Shown here: positions 49,378 through 62,819 of the stretch, in pieces
Layout: every line of letters begins with the position of its first letter
How positions within the stretch are numbered: the first letter of the stretch is position 1
Assembly (NCBI RefSeq): GCF_963921235.1
Contig: NC_086097.1
Location: 225,000,001-225,064,000, forward strand
DNA from: Mobula hypostoma
Taxonomy: Eukaryota
DNA length: 64,000 bases
Direction: 5' to 3'
Notes under the pieces: generated by a model
The model's input: the letters and a program-made list of their open reading frames with translations, nothing else
Database searches by the model: none
What the model was told of the DNA's origin: nothing
Position numbers and translations under genes: made by a program

Positions 49378-50660
49378 TGCCAAATTTAAGGAATGACAGA
49401 TTGTGTTTCCCATCTTTTTGAACACTAGAAAGCTGAATGAAGTTACCAAGCCATGGGTAGAAAGCAACACCTGCCATTCTCTATGTACACGACTCATTTC
49501 CTGTCTTTGCCAACATGTCTTTAATGGAATATGCCACTGCAGGAGCAAAAAGTCTTAAACACATGTCACAATCTCAGGTTAAAAGTTTAAAGAGATTTGT
49601 TTAAACCTATTTGCTTAAGTTCAAAATAAACTTATCTTGAGGCTTTTTTATAGTTTTTATGAATTAAATTCGTCAGTTTAAATATGGTAGGTTGCTTGGC
49701 CATTTTCCACATTAGTTTAGCCAGTAATTAAGATGCTTGACAGTGAATAAGAGAATTGTGTCATGTTTAATATTATAAACCACAAATGCTAACTTTTGAG
49801 ACCTGTTTCACATAACCTTTGAGGTAGATAAAATGACCTTAAAAAGTATTTATGGAAAATAACTGAATGAGTTGCAAAGTGGTAATACAACCAGTGTAGT
49901 AATTGTAAAATTCAGCTTTGCAGTACTTTAGCCAGTATCATAAGGCCAGTTATTTCTTTTTAAAATTGCACATATGTGTTTTAAAAGGTGCTCCTGCTTT
50001 GAGTTGTGCCATCTAACTTCATAGCTTACCGTACTGTCTGTGATATATTTCATACCAGCTAAAAAGGGCATGTCAGATATTACAACGGAGTCTTATATTG
50101 CACCACCAGGAGAGGGAGTTTCACCGAAAAGTGATACAGTTTGTTTTTATAAGAACACTTACTATTTCTTTAACTTTTAATTAAATCAGTGGCAGCTCAA
50201 ATCACATTAGCTTCCAAACTAATATAAAAGTCTATCATTGAAAGCATTAGTGTTGATTTTTAAATATGGTTGGTGAATAGAATTTGGTCCAATAGTTTTT
50301 GACTATCAACTGCCTTAAATTGCTGAATGCATCCTTTATTGTATCTTGTGTAAATGGACTTAGCCTACTTTATGACCTTTTCTTGGTTTGTATATAGTGA
50401 GTAATTAGATAATCGTTGTAATTTATTGTGATGGAATGATCTATTTTATAAATGAAATTATTTTTGTATGAATTATTGTGAATGATTCGATAATGATCAA
50501 ATCCTGAAAGCAAATCAATACTGGAATGTAAAGTGTATACAGTTTTAAATATTGTTTTGCATTATATGAGTTGAATGTTCAGTACATTGTATGTACTTCC
50601 AGAAAATTTGAGCTCTCCACATGGCAAAATACAAATAAATGTTAATATCTTGCCGAATGA
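49378..50660 (+). other. HNF4G: Probable HNF4G 3' UTR with candidate polyadenylation signals
   Basis: AT-rich, transposon-free stretch after the stop. AATAAA occurs at 49625-49630 and 50634-50639. The 3' end is inferred. Confidence 0.6.
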
Positions 50661-51160
50661 GAACAGTAATTGAGATTATATAACTCTTGCTACTTCAGAT
50701 TACTCTTGCATATTTTTGGGATATTAACTGTCAACTATAGTAATCGTTATTTTCCAGAGGAATCATGGTCTTATTTTGTGCATTTATATATTACATTTAA
50801 TAAGTTCAAAAGTTGGATGAGGAAAGACTTTCCATGCCCGATTCTATCTCTGAAAGCCTCAGAAGCATCTTCCCAATGAATCACTACCAAGTTTGCCCAT
50901 ATTTACAGAAGATGTTTAATGTGTCCACTTGAATTGGCCTGAGAAGAGGGTGGAGAGGATCTCCCATTGATCTGTTGCTGTCTATGTGCGGATAATATTT
51001 AGGAATTGTACTATTCTGACCAAGTGATACGGTAATGTCAAGGAATGGTGTGTGACACAAAATTATGTGTTGCTTGGAAAGCAACTTAAATATATTTTTC
51101 TGTGCCTTTCAACTCACCTACCTGTAACTATAGGAACATTCAACTCATCCCATTTCATTC

Positions 51161-53005
51161 TATAAGACGATAAAACATAGGAGCAGATTAGGCCATTAGA
51201 CCAATTGAGTCTGTTCTGCCATTCAATCCTGGCTGATCTTTTTTCCCCCCCTTCAGCCCCACTCCCTGGCCTTCTCTCCGTAACCTCTGATGCCCTGTTC
51301 AGTCAAAAACCTATCAAGCTCTGCCTTAAACACACCCAACAACCTGACCTCCATAAGCCACCTGCGGCAACAAATTTCACAAATTCACCACTGTCTGGCT
51401 AAAGAAATTTCTTTGCATCTGTTTTAAATGGATACCCCTCTATCCTGAGGCTGTGCCCTCTTCTAGACTCCTCTGCCGTGGGAAACATCATTTCCACATC
51501 TACTCTGTCTAGGCCTTTCAACATTCGCAAGGTTTCAGTGAGATCCCTCCTCATCCTTCTAAATTCCAGCAAGTACAGACCCAGAGCTATCAAACCTTCC
51601 TCGTATGATAATCCTTTCATTCCCAGAATCAGCCTTCTCTGAACCCTCTCCAATGCCAGTACAGCTTTTCTTAGATGTGGAGCCCAAAACTGTTCACAAT
51701 ACTCAAGGTGAGGCTTTATAAAGTCTCAGCATCACATCCCTGCTCTTGTATTCAAGACCTCTTGAAATGAATGCTAAATTTGTATTTGCCTTCCTCACCA
51801 CCAACTCAACCTGTAAGCTAACCTTTAGGGTGTTTTGCACAAGAACTCCCAGGTCCCTTTGCATCTCAGATTTTTGGATTTTCTGCAAACTTGGTGACAA
51901 AGCCATCTAGTCCATCATCTAAATCATTGATACACAGCATAATAAGAAGTGGTCCCAACACCGACCCCTATAGAACCCAACTAATCACTGGCAGCCAACT
52001 AGAAAATAATCCTTTCATTCCCACTCACTGTCTCCACCGATCATGCTCTAACCATCTTAGTAAATTTTCTGTAATGAGCTCTGAACTTGGTAAGCAGCCT
52101 CATGTTTGGCACCTTGTCAAAGGCCTTCTGAAAATCTAAATATACAACATCCACTATGTCGCCTTTATCTATCCTATGTATAATTTCCTCAAAGAATTCC
52201 AACAGCTTCATCAGGCAAGATTTTCCCTTAAGGAAGCCATGCTGACTTTGTCCTATCTTGTCCTATGTCACTATGTACTCTATAACCTCATCCTTAACAA
52301 TTAACTCCAACGTCTTCCCAACCACTGAGGTCACGCTAACTTCCTTTCTGCTGCCTTACTTCTTTCTTAGAGAGTGGAATGACATTTGCAATTTTCCAGT
52401 CCTCTGGCACAATGCCAGAGTTCAATAATTCTTGAAAGATTACTTATGCCTCTACCATCTCTACCGCTATCTCTTTCAGAACCCTAGAGTGCAGTTCATC
52501 TGGAAGACCCTTAGGGTCTTTACATCTCTAAGGGTCTTCCAGATTTTTGAGCCCCTTCTCCCTTGTAATGGTAACTGCACTCATTTCTCTTTCCTCACAC
52601 CCTTCAACATGTGGCACATTGCTCGTGTCTTTCACAATGAAGACCAATACAAAATACTCATTCAGATATTCTACCATCTTCTTTTCCCCTGTTATTAATT
52701 CTCCAGCCTCATTTTCTAATGGTCGTATATCCACTCTCATCTCTCTTAATTTTTACATACTTGAAAAAGCTTTTACTATCCTTTTTGATATTGTTTTCAG
52801 CTTGCTTTCATATTTCAGCTTTTCCCTCCTACTGAATCTTTTATTTGCTTTCTGTAGGTTTTTAAAAACTTCCCAATCCTCTATCTTCCCCCTAATTTTT
52901 GCTTTGTTGTATGCCCTCTCTTTTGCTTTTACTTCAGCTTTGACTTCCCTTGTCAGCCACGGTTGACCTATTTTGCCATTTGAGTATTTCTTCATTCCCT
53001 TCTTC
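51161..53005 (-). mobile_element. CR1 LINE, decayed, with internal deletions
   Basis: Fragmented ORF2 remnants PWLTREVK, LNEYFVLVF and LAFISRGLEYKSRDVMLRLYK, plus a tail at 51161. Confidence 0.9.
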
Positions 53006-54694
53006 AAGTAATGTCATATCCCTTATCAATATTGTATAGGTTCAATAGCAGTAGATTCTACTGAGAAATTCATGTTCTAATAATATTTTCAGAAAAATAT
53101 TTCTTCCAACTAATTTCTTCCATTAATACAGAGCTTTTTTTTCCCAATTAATACAAATAACCTTTCCGTTTACTTTAACATAACTTCAGTTCATAATTTT
53201 GAAACACAGTTAAAAGCATTCCCTAGCCTTACCATTGCAATAGAAAATCCCATGTTTTTCAAGCTTTGCTTCATAAATATGAATTGTCATGCCTGGTATA
53301 ATTCAGTGAAACTTAGTTTTATCTGAGCACGACTCCAATATCCATTCTCTAAAATAATTGAGTGCCCTAAAACTACATTTAAAACTCTGTCAGATCTTAG
53401 AATAGAGTCATAGGAAAGTACAGCACAGACATGGGCACTTCAGCCCATCTAGCGCATGCTGAACCATTTAAACTGCTACTCCCATTGACCTGCACTGGGA
53501 CTAGAGACTGGTGTCATTTGCAAATTTGCTGATCTAGTTATCCACATTGTCATCTATATCGACGATTTGGATGATAAACAACAATGGACTCAGCACTGTT
53601 CCCTGAGGCACTCCACAAGTCACATACCTCCAGGCAGAGAGGTAACCATCTACTACCACTCTCTAGCATCTCCCACAAAGCCGAAGTCCAATCCAGTTTT
53701 CTACCTCATCTTGAATCCCAAGTGATTGAAACTTCTTGACCAACCTCTCATCTTTCTAAAATATTGTAAATGATTGGTTTAGAAAAATAGTACTATCTGC
53801 GCTAAAAAGTTGGAATCTCGTCTTCCTTTTATTGACTCATCTATCAGAATTTGCATCTTTGAAGTCTCTCCTATTGATGTTCTTCTGAATCTCACCAAGG
53901 CACCATTTGAAACTTTTCAACTGTGTAGCTAGGACTAGCCTGTGACTGCTCTTAATATTTGTTAACAGTCTAAAATTTCTGTATTTTCCTAGCCATCTGG
54001 AATCCTTGCACCATAATCCCAGAATTAGCTCCAGATTGCAACTTGAAAGCAGGGTCAACAGCTCATCTACAAGGATTGGGCAGATGCAGGAGTCTTGCTG
54101 GGTAGACCCCCGCCTCCTGCCTGCCTGTGGTTGGGTGGAATGGGGTAGGGACGAGGTTTTAGTTACCCAGAGTTTTACCTGAAACTACTTCAGGTGAAGT
54201 TGTGGTTTAAAACTATTAAACTAAAAGTGAAGAATTATTAAAATAGAAATCTGACTCACTTCAGCCAGAGGGTTTACAAAGTCAAGCTAGATGGAATGAG
54301 TTCTGAATTTGATACATGGGTGGGAGGGATATGGAGGGCTATGGTCCAGGTGCAGGTCAATGGGACTACCAGAATAATAGTTTTGCATGGACTAGATGGG
54401 CTAAATGGCCTGTTTCTGTGCTGCAGTGTACTATTGCTCTCCTTGATTCTTGTTTTAGATTTCCCACCCAGTATCTAATGTGAAACAACCATGGCTGCAG
54501 GAGTCCAGCATATGAAGGTTCCTTCACCATTCAGTGACTGACGAGAGAAGTCAAAGCCAACATAAAAGCCAAAGGGAGGGCACATAATAGGCCAAAGATT
54601 AGTGGGAAGTTAGAGGATTGGGAAGCTTTTAAAAACCAACAAAAGGCAACTAAAAAAGTCATAAAGAAGGAAAAGATGGAAAATGAAGGTAAGC

Positions 54695-57561
54695 AACACA
54701 CATCAAAGTTGCTGGTGAACGCAGCAGGCCAGGTAGCATCTGTAGGAAGAGGTGCAGTCGACGTTTCAGGCCGAGACCCTTCGTCAGGACTAACTGAAGG
54801 AAGAGTGAGTAAGGGATTTGAAACTTGGAGGGGGAGGGGGAGATCCAAAATGATAGGAGAAGACAGGAGGGGAGGGATGGAGCCAAGAGCTGGACAGGTG
54901 ATAGGCAGAAGGGGATACGAGAGGATCATGGGACAGGAGGTCCGGGAAGAAAGACAAGGAGGGGGGGAGCCCAGAGGATGGGCAAGAGGTATATTCGGAG
55001 GGACAGAGGGAGAAAAAGGAGAGTGAGAGAAAGAATGTGTGCATAAAAATAAGTAACAGATGGGGTACGAGGGGGAGGTGGGGCCCTAGCGGAAGTTAGA
55101 GAAGTCAATGTTCATGCCATCAGGTTGGAGGCTACCCAGACGGAATATAAGGTGTTGTTCCTCCAACCTGAGTGTGGCTTCATCTTTACAGTAGAGGAGG
55201 CCGTGGATAGACATTTCAGAATGGGAATAGGATGTGGAATTAAAATGTGTGGCCACTGAGAGATCCTGCTTTCTCTGGCGGACAGAGCGTAGATGTTCAG
55301 CAAAGCGGTCTCCCAGTCTGCATCAGGTCTCGCCAATATATAAAAGGCCACATCGGGAGCACCGGACTCAGTATATCACCCCAGCCGACTCACAGGTGAA
55401 GTGTTGCCTCACCTGGAAGGACTGTTTGGGGCCCTGAATGGTGGTAAGGGAGGAAGTGTAAGGGCATGTGTAGCACTTGTTCCGCTTACACGGATAAGTG
55501 CCAGGAGGGACATCAGTGGGGAGGGATGGGGGGGACGAATGGACAAGGGATTTGCATAGGGAGCGATCCCTGCTGAATGCAGAGAGAGGGGGGAGGGAAA
55601 GATGTGCTTAGTGGTGGGATCCCGTTGGAGGTGGCGGAAGTTACGGAGAATAATATGCTGGACCCGGAGGCTGGTGGGGTGGTAGGTGAGGACCAAGGGA
55701 ACCCTATTCCTAGTGGGGTGGTGGGAGGATGGAGTGAGAGCAGATGTACGTGAAATGGGGGAGATGCGATTAAGAGCAGAGTTGATAGTGGAGGAAGGGA
55801 AGCCCCTTTCTTTAAAAAAGGAAGACATCTCCCTCGTCCTAGAATGAAAAGCCTCATCCTGAGAGCAGATGCGGTGGAGACAGAGGAATTGCGAGAAGGG
55901 AATGGCGTTTTTGCAAGAGACAGGCTGAGAAGAGGAATAGTCCAGATAGCTGTGAGAGTCAGTAGGCTTATAGTAGACATCAGTGGATAAGCTGTCTCCA
56001 GAGACAGAGACAGAAAGATCTAGAAAGGGGAGGGAGGTGTTGGGAATGGACCAGGTAAACTTGAGGGCAGGGTGAAAGTTGGAGGCAAAGTTAATAAAGT
56101 CAACGAGTTCTGCATGCGTGCAGGAAGCAGCGCCAATGCAGTCGTCGATGTAGTGAAGGAAAAGTGGGGGACAGATACCAGAATAGGCATGGAACATAGA
56201 TTGTTCCACAAAGCCAACAAAAAGGCAGGCATAGCTAGGACCCATACGGGTGCCCATAGCTACACCTTTAATTTGGAGGAAGTGGGAGGAGCCAAAGGAG
56301 AAATTATTAAGAGTAAGGACTAATTCCGCTAGACGGAGCAGAGTGGTGGTAGAGGGGAACTGATTAGGTTTGGAATTCAAAAAGAAGTGTAGAGCTTTGA
56401 GACCTTCCTGATGGGGGACGGAAGTATTAGGGACTGGACATCCATGGTGAAAATAAAGCGGTGGGGGCCAGGGAACTTAAAATCATCGAAAAGTTTAAGA
56501 GCGTGAGAAGTGTCACGAATATAGGTCAGAAGGGATTGAACAGGGGGTGATAAAACCGTGTCGAGGTATGCAGAAACGAATTTGGTGGGACAGGAGCAAG
56601 CTGAGACAATAGGTCGGCCAGGACAGGCAGGTTTGTGGATCTTGGGTAGGAGGTAGAAACGGGAAGTGTGAGGTGTGGGAACTATAAGGTTGGTAGCAGT
56701 GGATGGGAGATCCCCTGAGCGGATAAAGTCGGTGATGGTGTGGCAGACAATGGCCTGGTGCTCCTTAGTGGGGTCACGATCGAGGGGTAAATAAGAGGAG
56801 GTATCCGCGAGTTGTCGCTGTGCCTCGGCAAGGTAGAGGTCAGTACGCCAGACTACAACAGCACCCCCCTTATCGGCGGGTTTAATAATAAGGTTTGGAT
56901 TAGTGCGGAGGGAGTGGAGAGCAGAGCGTTCCGAAGGAGTGAGGTTGGAATGGGGACAAGGTGCGGTGAAGTCGAGACGGTTGATGTCCCGTCGGCAGTT
57001 AGCGATAAAGAGATCCAGAGCAGGCAGAAGACCAGAGCGGGGTGTCCATGAAGAAGAGGAGGGTTGAAGACGGGAGAAGGGGTCATCGGTGGGTGTGGAA
57101 GAGTCCTTGCCGAAAAAGTAGGCTTGGAGACAGAGATGGCGGAACTCGCTGAGGTGTGGGCGAAGGGGGGCAAAGGTGAGGCCCTTACTGCGGACAGAGC
57201 GCTCTGCCTCAGACAGTTGAAGGTCGGAGGGGATGGTAAAGACCCGGCACGGATGAGAGCTGGGATCGGTGGGGGGGGGGGGTTGGGGTGAGAGGAAGAT
57301 GGAACCTCTGAGGGCCCAGGAGTTGACGGTGAGATCTGAGGGAGATGGGGTTGCAGAGTGGTGGTGGGGGAAGGGGAGTCGGGAGTCACAACAGCAGCAC
57401 ATAAAGACCCGGCCTGGAGTTCAAGGCTGGAGTCGCAGTTGGTGGTTGTGCAATCGCTGTGAAGGTGTCCATGGTCGTTGCTGGAGTCTGGGTTTTGAAT
57501 ATGCCCTGAGGTGTTGGAGCCGGTGAGATCAATGGCAGAGGCCGCAATCTGAAATTCAGAT
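54695..57561 (-). mobile_element. Penelope-like retroelement (RT + GIY-YIG endonuclease), frameshifted, 5'-truncated
   Basis: Motifs KPADKGGAVVV, YLLPKIHK, RPIVS, MDVQSL, GVAMGTRMGPSYA, YIDD and YYKPTDSH, with a YIGET-like GIY-YIG remnant near 55340. TSD TGAAGGTAAGC at 54684-54694 and 57562-57572. Confidence 0.95.
54755..54792 (-). ncRNA. Minimal type I hammerhead ribozyme motif in the Penelope pLTR
   Basis: Minus strand reads TAGTC-CTGACGA-AGGGTCTCGGCCT-GAAA-CGTC-GACTG: complete core, stem I TAGTC/GACTG, stem II, palindromic ACGT stem III and a GUC cleavage triplet. Confidence 0.82.
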
Positions 57562-59336
57562 TGAAGGTAAGCTTGCCAATAATATTAAGGAGGTACCAAA
57601 AGTTTCTTCAGATATTTAAAGTGTAAAAGAGAGTCAAGAGTAGGTATCAGACTGCTGGAAAATGATGCTGGAGAGATAGTAATGGGGGCAAGGAAATGGC
57701 AGGCAAACTGAATAATTATTTTGCATCAGTCTTTAATATGAAAGATACTAAGAGTATGGTGGAAGTTCCAGGTGTCAGAGGGCAAAAGTGAGTGAAGTTG
57801 CCATTACCAAGGAGAAGGTGCTTGGGAAACTGAAAAGTTTGAAGGTAAGTAAAACACCTGGACCAGATGGTCTACATCCCAAGGTTCTGAAAGTGGTGGC
57901 TGAAGCAACTGTGGAGGCATTGTTAATGATCTTTCAAGAATCAACAGATTCTGGCATGGTTCTGGAGGACTAGAAAATTACAAATGTTAATCCACACTTC
58001 AAGAAGGGAGAGAGGCAGAGAAATGAAATTATAGGTGAGTTAGTCTGACCTCAGTTGCTGGGAAGATGTTCAAAGATTCAAAGTCTTCTGTTCAGTCATT
58101 CCAACTAGCTTGATTTTGTTGAAGTCAATTGTTAAGGATGTGGCTTCAGGGTAGTTGGAGGCACATGATAAAATAGGCTGAAGTCAGCATGGTTTCATTA
58201 AGGGAATTATTTGAAGAAATAATAGGCAGGGTAGACAAAGGAGATGTTGTGAACTTGGATTTTCAGAAGGCTTTTCACAAGGTGCCGTGCATGAGTTTGC
58301 TTAACAAGTTAAGAGCCCCTGGTATTACAGGTGAGATACTAACATGGATAGAATGTTGGCTGACTGGCAGGAAGCAAAGAGTGGGAAGAAAAGAAGCCTT
58401 TTCAGGTTGGCTGCCAGTGTCTAGTGGTATTCTACAGGGGACTGTGTTGGGACCATTTCTTTTTATGTTATTTGGTAGTGATTTGGTTGACACAATTGAT
58501 AGCTTTGTGGCCAAGTTTGCGAACAATACGAAGATAGATGGAAGGGTAGGTAGTGTTGAGGAAGCAGAGAGATTACAGGAGGACTTACGCAGATTAGAAG
58601 AATAGGCAAAGAAGTGGCAGATGGAATACTTTGTTGGGAAGTGTATAGTTACACAGTTTGATAGAAGAATTAAAGACTATTTTCTAAATGGAGAGACAAT
58701 TCAAAAATCTGACATACATAGGGACATGGGAATCCTCATGCAGGATTCTAGAAAGGTTAATTTGCAGGTTGACTCGGTGGTGTAGAAGGCAAATGCAATG
58801 TTAGAAGGCTCATTTCAAGAAGACTAGAATATAAAAGTAAGGATATCATGTTGAGGCTTTATAAAGCACTGGTGAGCCTCACTTGAAGTATTGTGAACAG
58901 TTTTGGGCCCCTTACCTAAGAAAGGATGTGCTGACATTGGAAAGGGTTCAAAGGAGGTTCAGAAAATGATTCCAGGATTGAAAGGCGTTTGATTATATGA
59001 AGAGCGTTTGAGGCTCTGGGCCTGTACTCACTGGAATTCAGAAGAATAAAGGGGATCTAACTGAAAGTTATCAAATGTTGAAAGCAACACACATAAAAGT
59101 TGCTGGTGAACAAATGTTGAAAGGCCTCAATAAGGTGGATGTGGAGAGGACATTTCCTATGGTTGGGGAATCTTAGACCAGAGGACATGAGGACACAACC
59201 ATGTTACAGAGGGATGTCCATTTAGAATGGAGATGAGGAGGACTTTCTTTAGCCAGAGAGTAGTGAAACTGTGGAATTCATTGCCACAGATGGCTGTGAA
59301 GGCCAAGTCATTTGGTGTATTTAAGCCAGAGGTTGA

Positions 59337-62300
59337 TATTATTGTGTATTTAATATTTCAATTATATTTGAGTAATCTTGTATATATATACTGTTTGATT
59401 AAGCATAAATAATTCATTATAAATTATATATATAAATATATTAATTGCAACAAACGAGGTAGTTCTTAACTTGCTGCTGAAGTGTAGTGACAGGTTCAAA
59501 TTTAAAAAAAACACAACGAGAGCAATGGTGAGTAAAAAGAAACAGCTAGCATCTGCACAGTCAAGTCGAGATTTTTTTTTAAAGCAGTGTTTTTCAGAAG
59601 GGAAGACACAATCAAAATTTTTTTAAAGAAAACCCAGAAAACAGAAAAATTCAGGGTTCATGAAGGGTGAGAACCGAGTGAAGAAAATCATTAAAAAAAA
59701 AATAGCTCACTACGTCAGAAACATCGACAAGTTTGATTACGAATGGGTAATTCTCTCATGTACACTGAACTATTCGAAAAGTACTTTGAAGCAAATGAAA
59801 TAGCTAATGAGAAAGGAGTATCAATTTTGCTGAGTGCCTCGGGTTTAAAACCTTACAGTTTGTTTCGAGGTTTGACTATGCCGACCAAATCATCAGAAAT
59901 AAGCTTTCCTGATATTGTCAAAGTGATGCAGGTACATTTAGACCCAACACCATTGTTAATTGCAGAATGCTTTAAGTTTGATAAATGGAATCAAAAGGAA
60001 GGGGAGTTCATTTCAGTGTATGTGGCTGAATTGAAGTGATAAGTCTGAGCATTGTCAGTTCAGTAATGGGCTTAATGATGCACTAAGAAATTGTTTAGTT
60101 TGTGGAATCTTACAAAAAAGCACTCAAAAACAGCTCCGATCTGAAGCACAACTTGCATTCAGAAGAGCAATTGAAATCACTGTTTCAATGGAAACTGCAG
60201 ATAAAGATGCAATTGAGTTGCAGTCAGGAATGAAAGTGAGTGTGAGCAAAATTGGATAGTCTAAACAGAAACCGGCCTGGCCAAACAAATTGTGTCACCA
60301 TTGTGGCAGGAGCTCACATGCATCAAATAAATGCAGATTTAACATAGAAAACCTACAGCACAATACAAACACGAGGAAATCTGCAGATGCTGGAAGTTCA
60401 AGCAACACACACAAAATGCTGGTGGAATGCAGCAGGCCAGGCAGCATCTATAGGAAGAGGTACAGTCAACGTTTTGGGCCCAGACCCAATACAGGCCCTT
60501 CGGCCCACAAAGTTATGCTGAACATGTCCCTACCTTAGAACTTAGTAGGCTTACCTATAGCCCTCTATTTTACTAAGCTCCATGTACCTATCTAAATGTC
60601 TCTTAAAAGACCCTGTCGTATCCGCCTCCACCACCGTTGCCGGCAGCCCATTCCACGCACTCACCACTCTCTGAGTAAAAAACTTACCCCTGACATCTCC
60701 TCTGCACCTGCTCCCCAGCACCTTAAACCTGTGTCCTCTTGTGACAACCATTTCAGCCCTGGGGGAAAAAACCTCTGACTATCCACACGATCAATGCCTC
60801 TCATCATCTTATACACCTCTATCAGGTCACCTCTCATCCTCCATCACTCAAAGGAGAAAAGGCCGAGTTCACTCGACCTATTCTCATAAGGCATGCTCCC
60901 CAATCCAGGCAACATCCTTGTCAGTCTCCCCTGCACACTTCCTATGGCTTCTACATCCTTTCTGTAGTGAGGCGACCAGAACTGAGCACAGTACTCCAAG
61001 TGGGGTCTGACCAGGGTCCTATATAGCTGAAACATTACCTCTTGGCTCCTAAATTCAATTCCATGATTGATGAAGGCCAATACACCGTATGCCTTAATAA
61101 CCACAGAGTCAACCTGCGCAGCTGCTTTGAGCATCCTATAGACTCAGACCCCAAGATCCTTCTGATCCTCCACACTGCCAAGATTCTTACCATTAATACT
61201 ATATTCTGTCATCATATTTGACCCACCAAAATGAACCACCTCACACTTATCTGGGTTGAACTCCATCTGCCACTTCTCAGCCCAGTTTTGCATCCTATCA
61301 ATGTCCTGCTGAAACCTCTGACAGCCCTCCACACTATCCACAACATCTCCAACCTTTGTGTCATCAGCAGACTTATTAACCCATCCCTCTAATTCCTCAT
61401 CCAGATCATTTATAAAAATCACGAAGAGTAAGAACAGATCCCCGAGGCACCCCACCGGTAACCGACCTCCCTGCAAAATATGACTCGTCTACAACCATTC
61501 TTTGCCTTCTGTGGGCAAGCCAGTTCTGGATCCACAAAGCAATGTCCCCTTGGATCCCATGCCTCTTTACTTTCTCAATAAGCCTTGCAAGGGGTATCTT
61601 ATCAAATGCCTTGCTGAAATCCATATACACTACATCTACTACTATTCCTTAATCAATGTGTTTAGTCACATCCTCAACAAACTCAATCAGGCTCATAAGG
61701 CACGACCTGCCCTTGACAAAGTCATGCTCCTAGTCATATTATACTTTTCCAAATGTTCATAAATCCTGCCTCTCAGGATTTCCTCCATCAACTTAACAAC
61801 CACTGAAGTAAGACTCACTGATCAATAATTTCCTGGGCTATCTCTATTCCCTTTCTTGAATAAAGGAACAACATCCGCAACCCTCCAATCCTCCAGAACC
61901 TTTCCTGTCCACACAGTAGCCTGAGGTACATCTCATCCGGTCCCGGTGACTTTTATCCAACTTGATACTTTCCAAAAGCTCCAGCACATCCTCTTTATTA
62001 ATATCTACATGTTCAAGCTTTTCAGTCTGCTGAAAGTCATCACTACAATACCCAAGATCCTTTTCCATAGTGAATACTGAAGTAAAGTATTCATTAAGTA
62101 CCTCTGCTATTTTCTCCGGTTCCATACACACTTTCCCACTGTCACACGTGATAGGTCCTATTCTTTCAAGGCAAAACTTGCATAAAATACAACAAAGCAG
62201 GACACGTACAAGGAGCATGTTGTGCAAACAAAAATAAATGAACAACACAGAGAAGAGAAAAAGATGAAAATTCAAGCTGCAGTTTCAAAGAGAACCCTAA

Positions 62301-62780
62301 TATGATTGCTGTTCATTAAAGATGTGATCATGATGAGAGTGACAAAGGACTGGCTGGTCTTGAAATTTGCAGTGTGAAAATTCACAATATACAAGCAAAA
62401 TGTGTATATTGCTTACACCAGAAGTTATTGGTAAATTAATTAAAATAAAATTGTATGCTGCTTCCATGTTTCAGTCACTCCACAAACTAAGTTTGAACAG
62501 CTTATCAAAGATAACAAACTGAAGTCTGCAGATATCCAAACAAGAACATATAATGGAGAAAAGTTAACTCCTGTGGCAATGACGTTCATAACAGTGAAAT
62601 ACAACCAGCAAGCCACAGTGAGCTTGTATGTGGTAAAAATTGAAGGACCAGCTTTGTTGGGGCATAATTGGCTGAGACAACTGCAACTATATTGGAGAAC
62701 CATCAACTATTCAAATGCTGGCAATGAAGCGAATTGAACACAAATAAGAAAGGTACTGGATAATCCCACAACTGTCTCCA
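59337..62780 (+). mobile_element. Ty3/Gypsy relic (LTR/leader, gag with zinc knuckles, protease), split by a CR1
   Basis: Gag-like FEKYFEANEI...NQKEGEFISVYVAELK. Knuckle CHHCGRSSHASNKC precedes the CR1, and a second decayed knuckle lies near 62175. Protease-like GPALLGHNWL follows. Confidence 0.82.
60341..62165 (-). mobile_element. CR1 LINE inserted in Gypsy gag (same family as 10456-13505)
   Basis: Motifs VYMDFSKAFDK, ADDTKVG and LVRPHLEYCAQFWSP. A pLTR piece (60368-60486) sits in its tail. Confidence 0.92.
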
Positions 62781-62819
62781 TGCTGAAGCCGTGAACTGTT
62801 GCCAAACAGATGATGAACT

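Larger units (their letters stand above)
54533..59336 (+). mobile_element. CR1 LINE split by the Penelope insertion (54533-54694 plus 57562-59336)
   Basis: Motifs KTPGPDGLHPKVLK, LDFQKAF and FFSQRVVKLWNS. The sequence is continuous across the 11-bp TSD. Confidence 0.88.
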
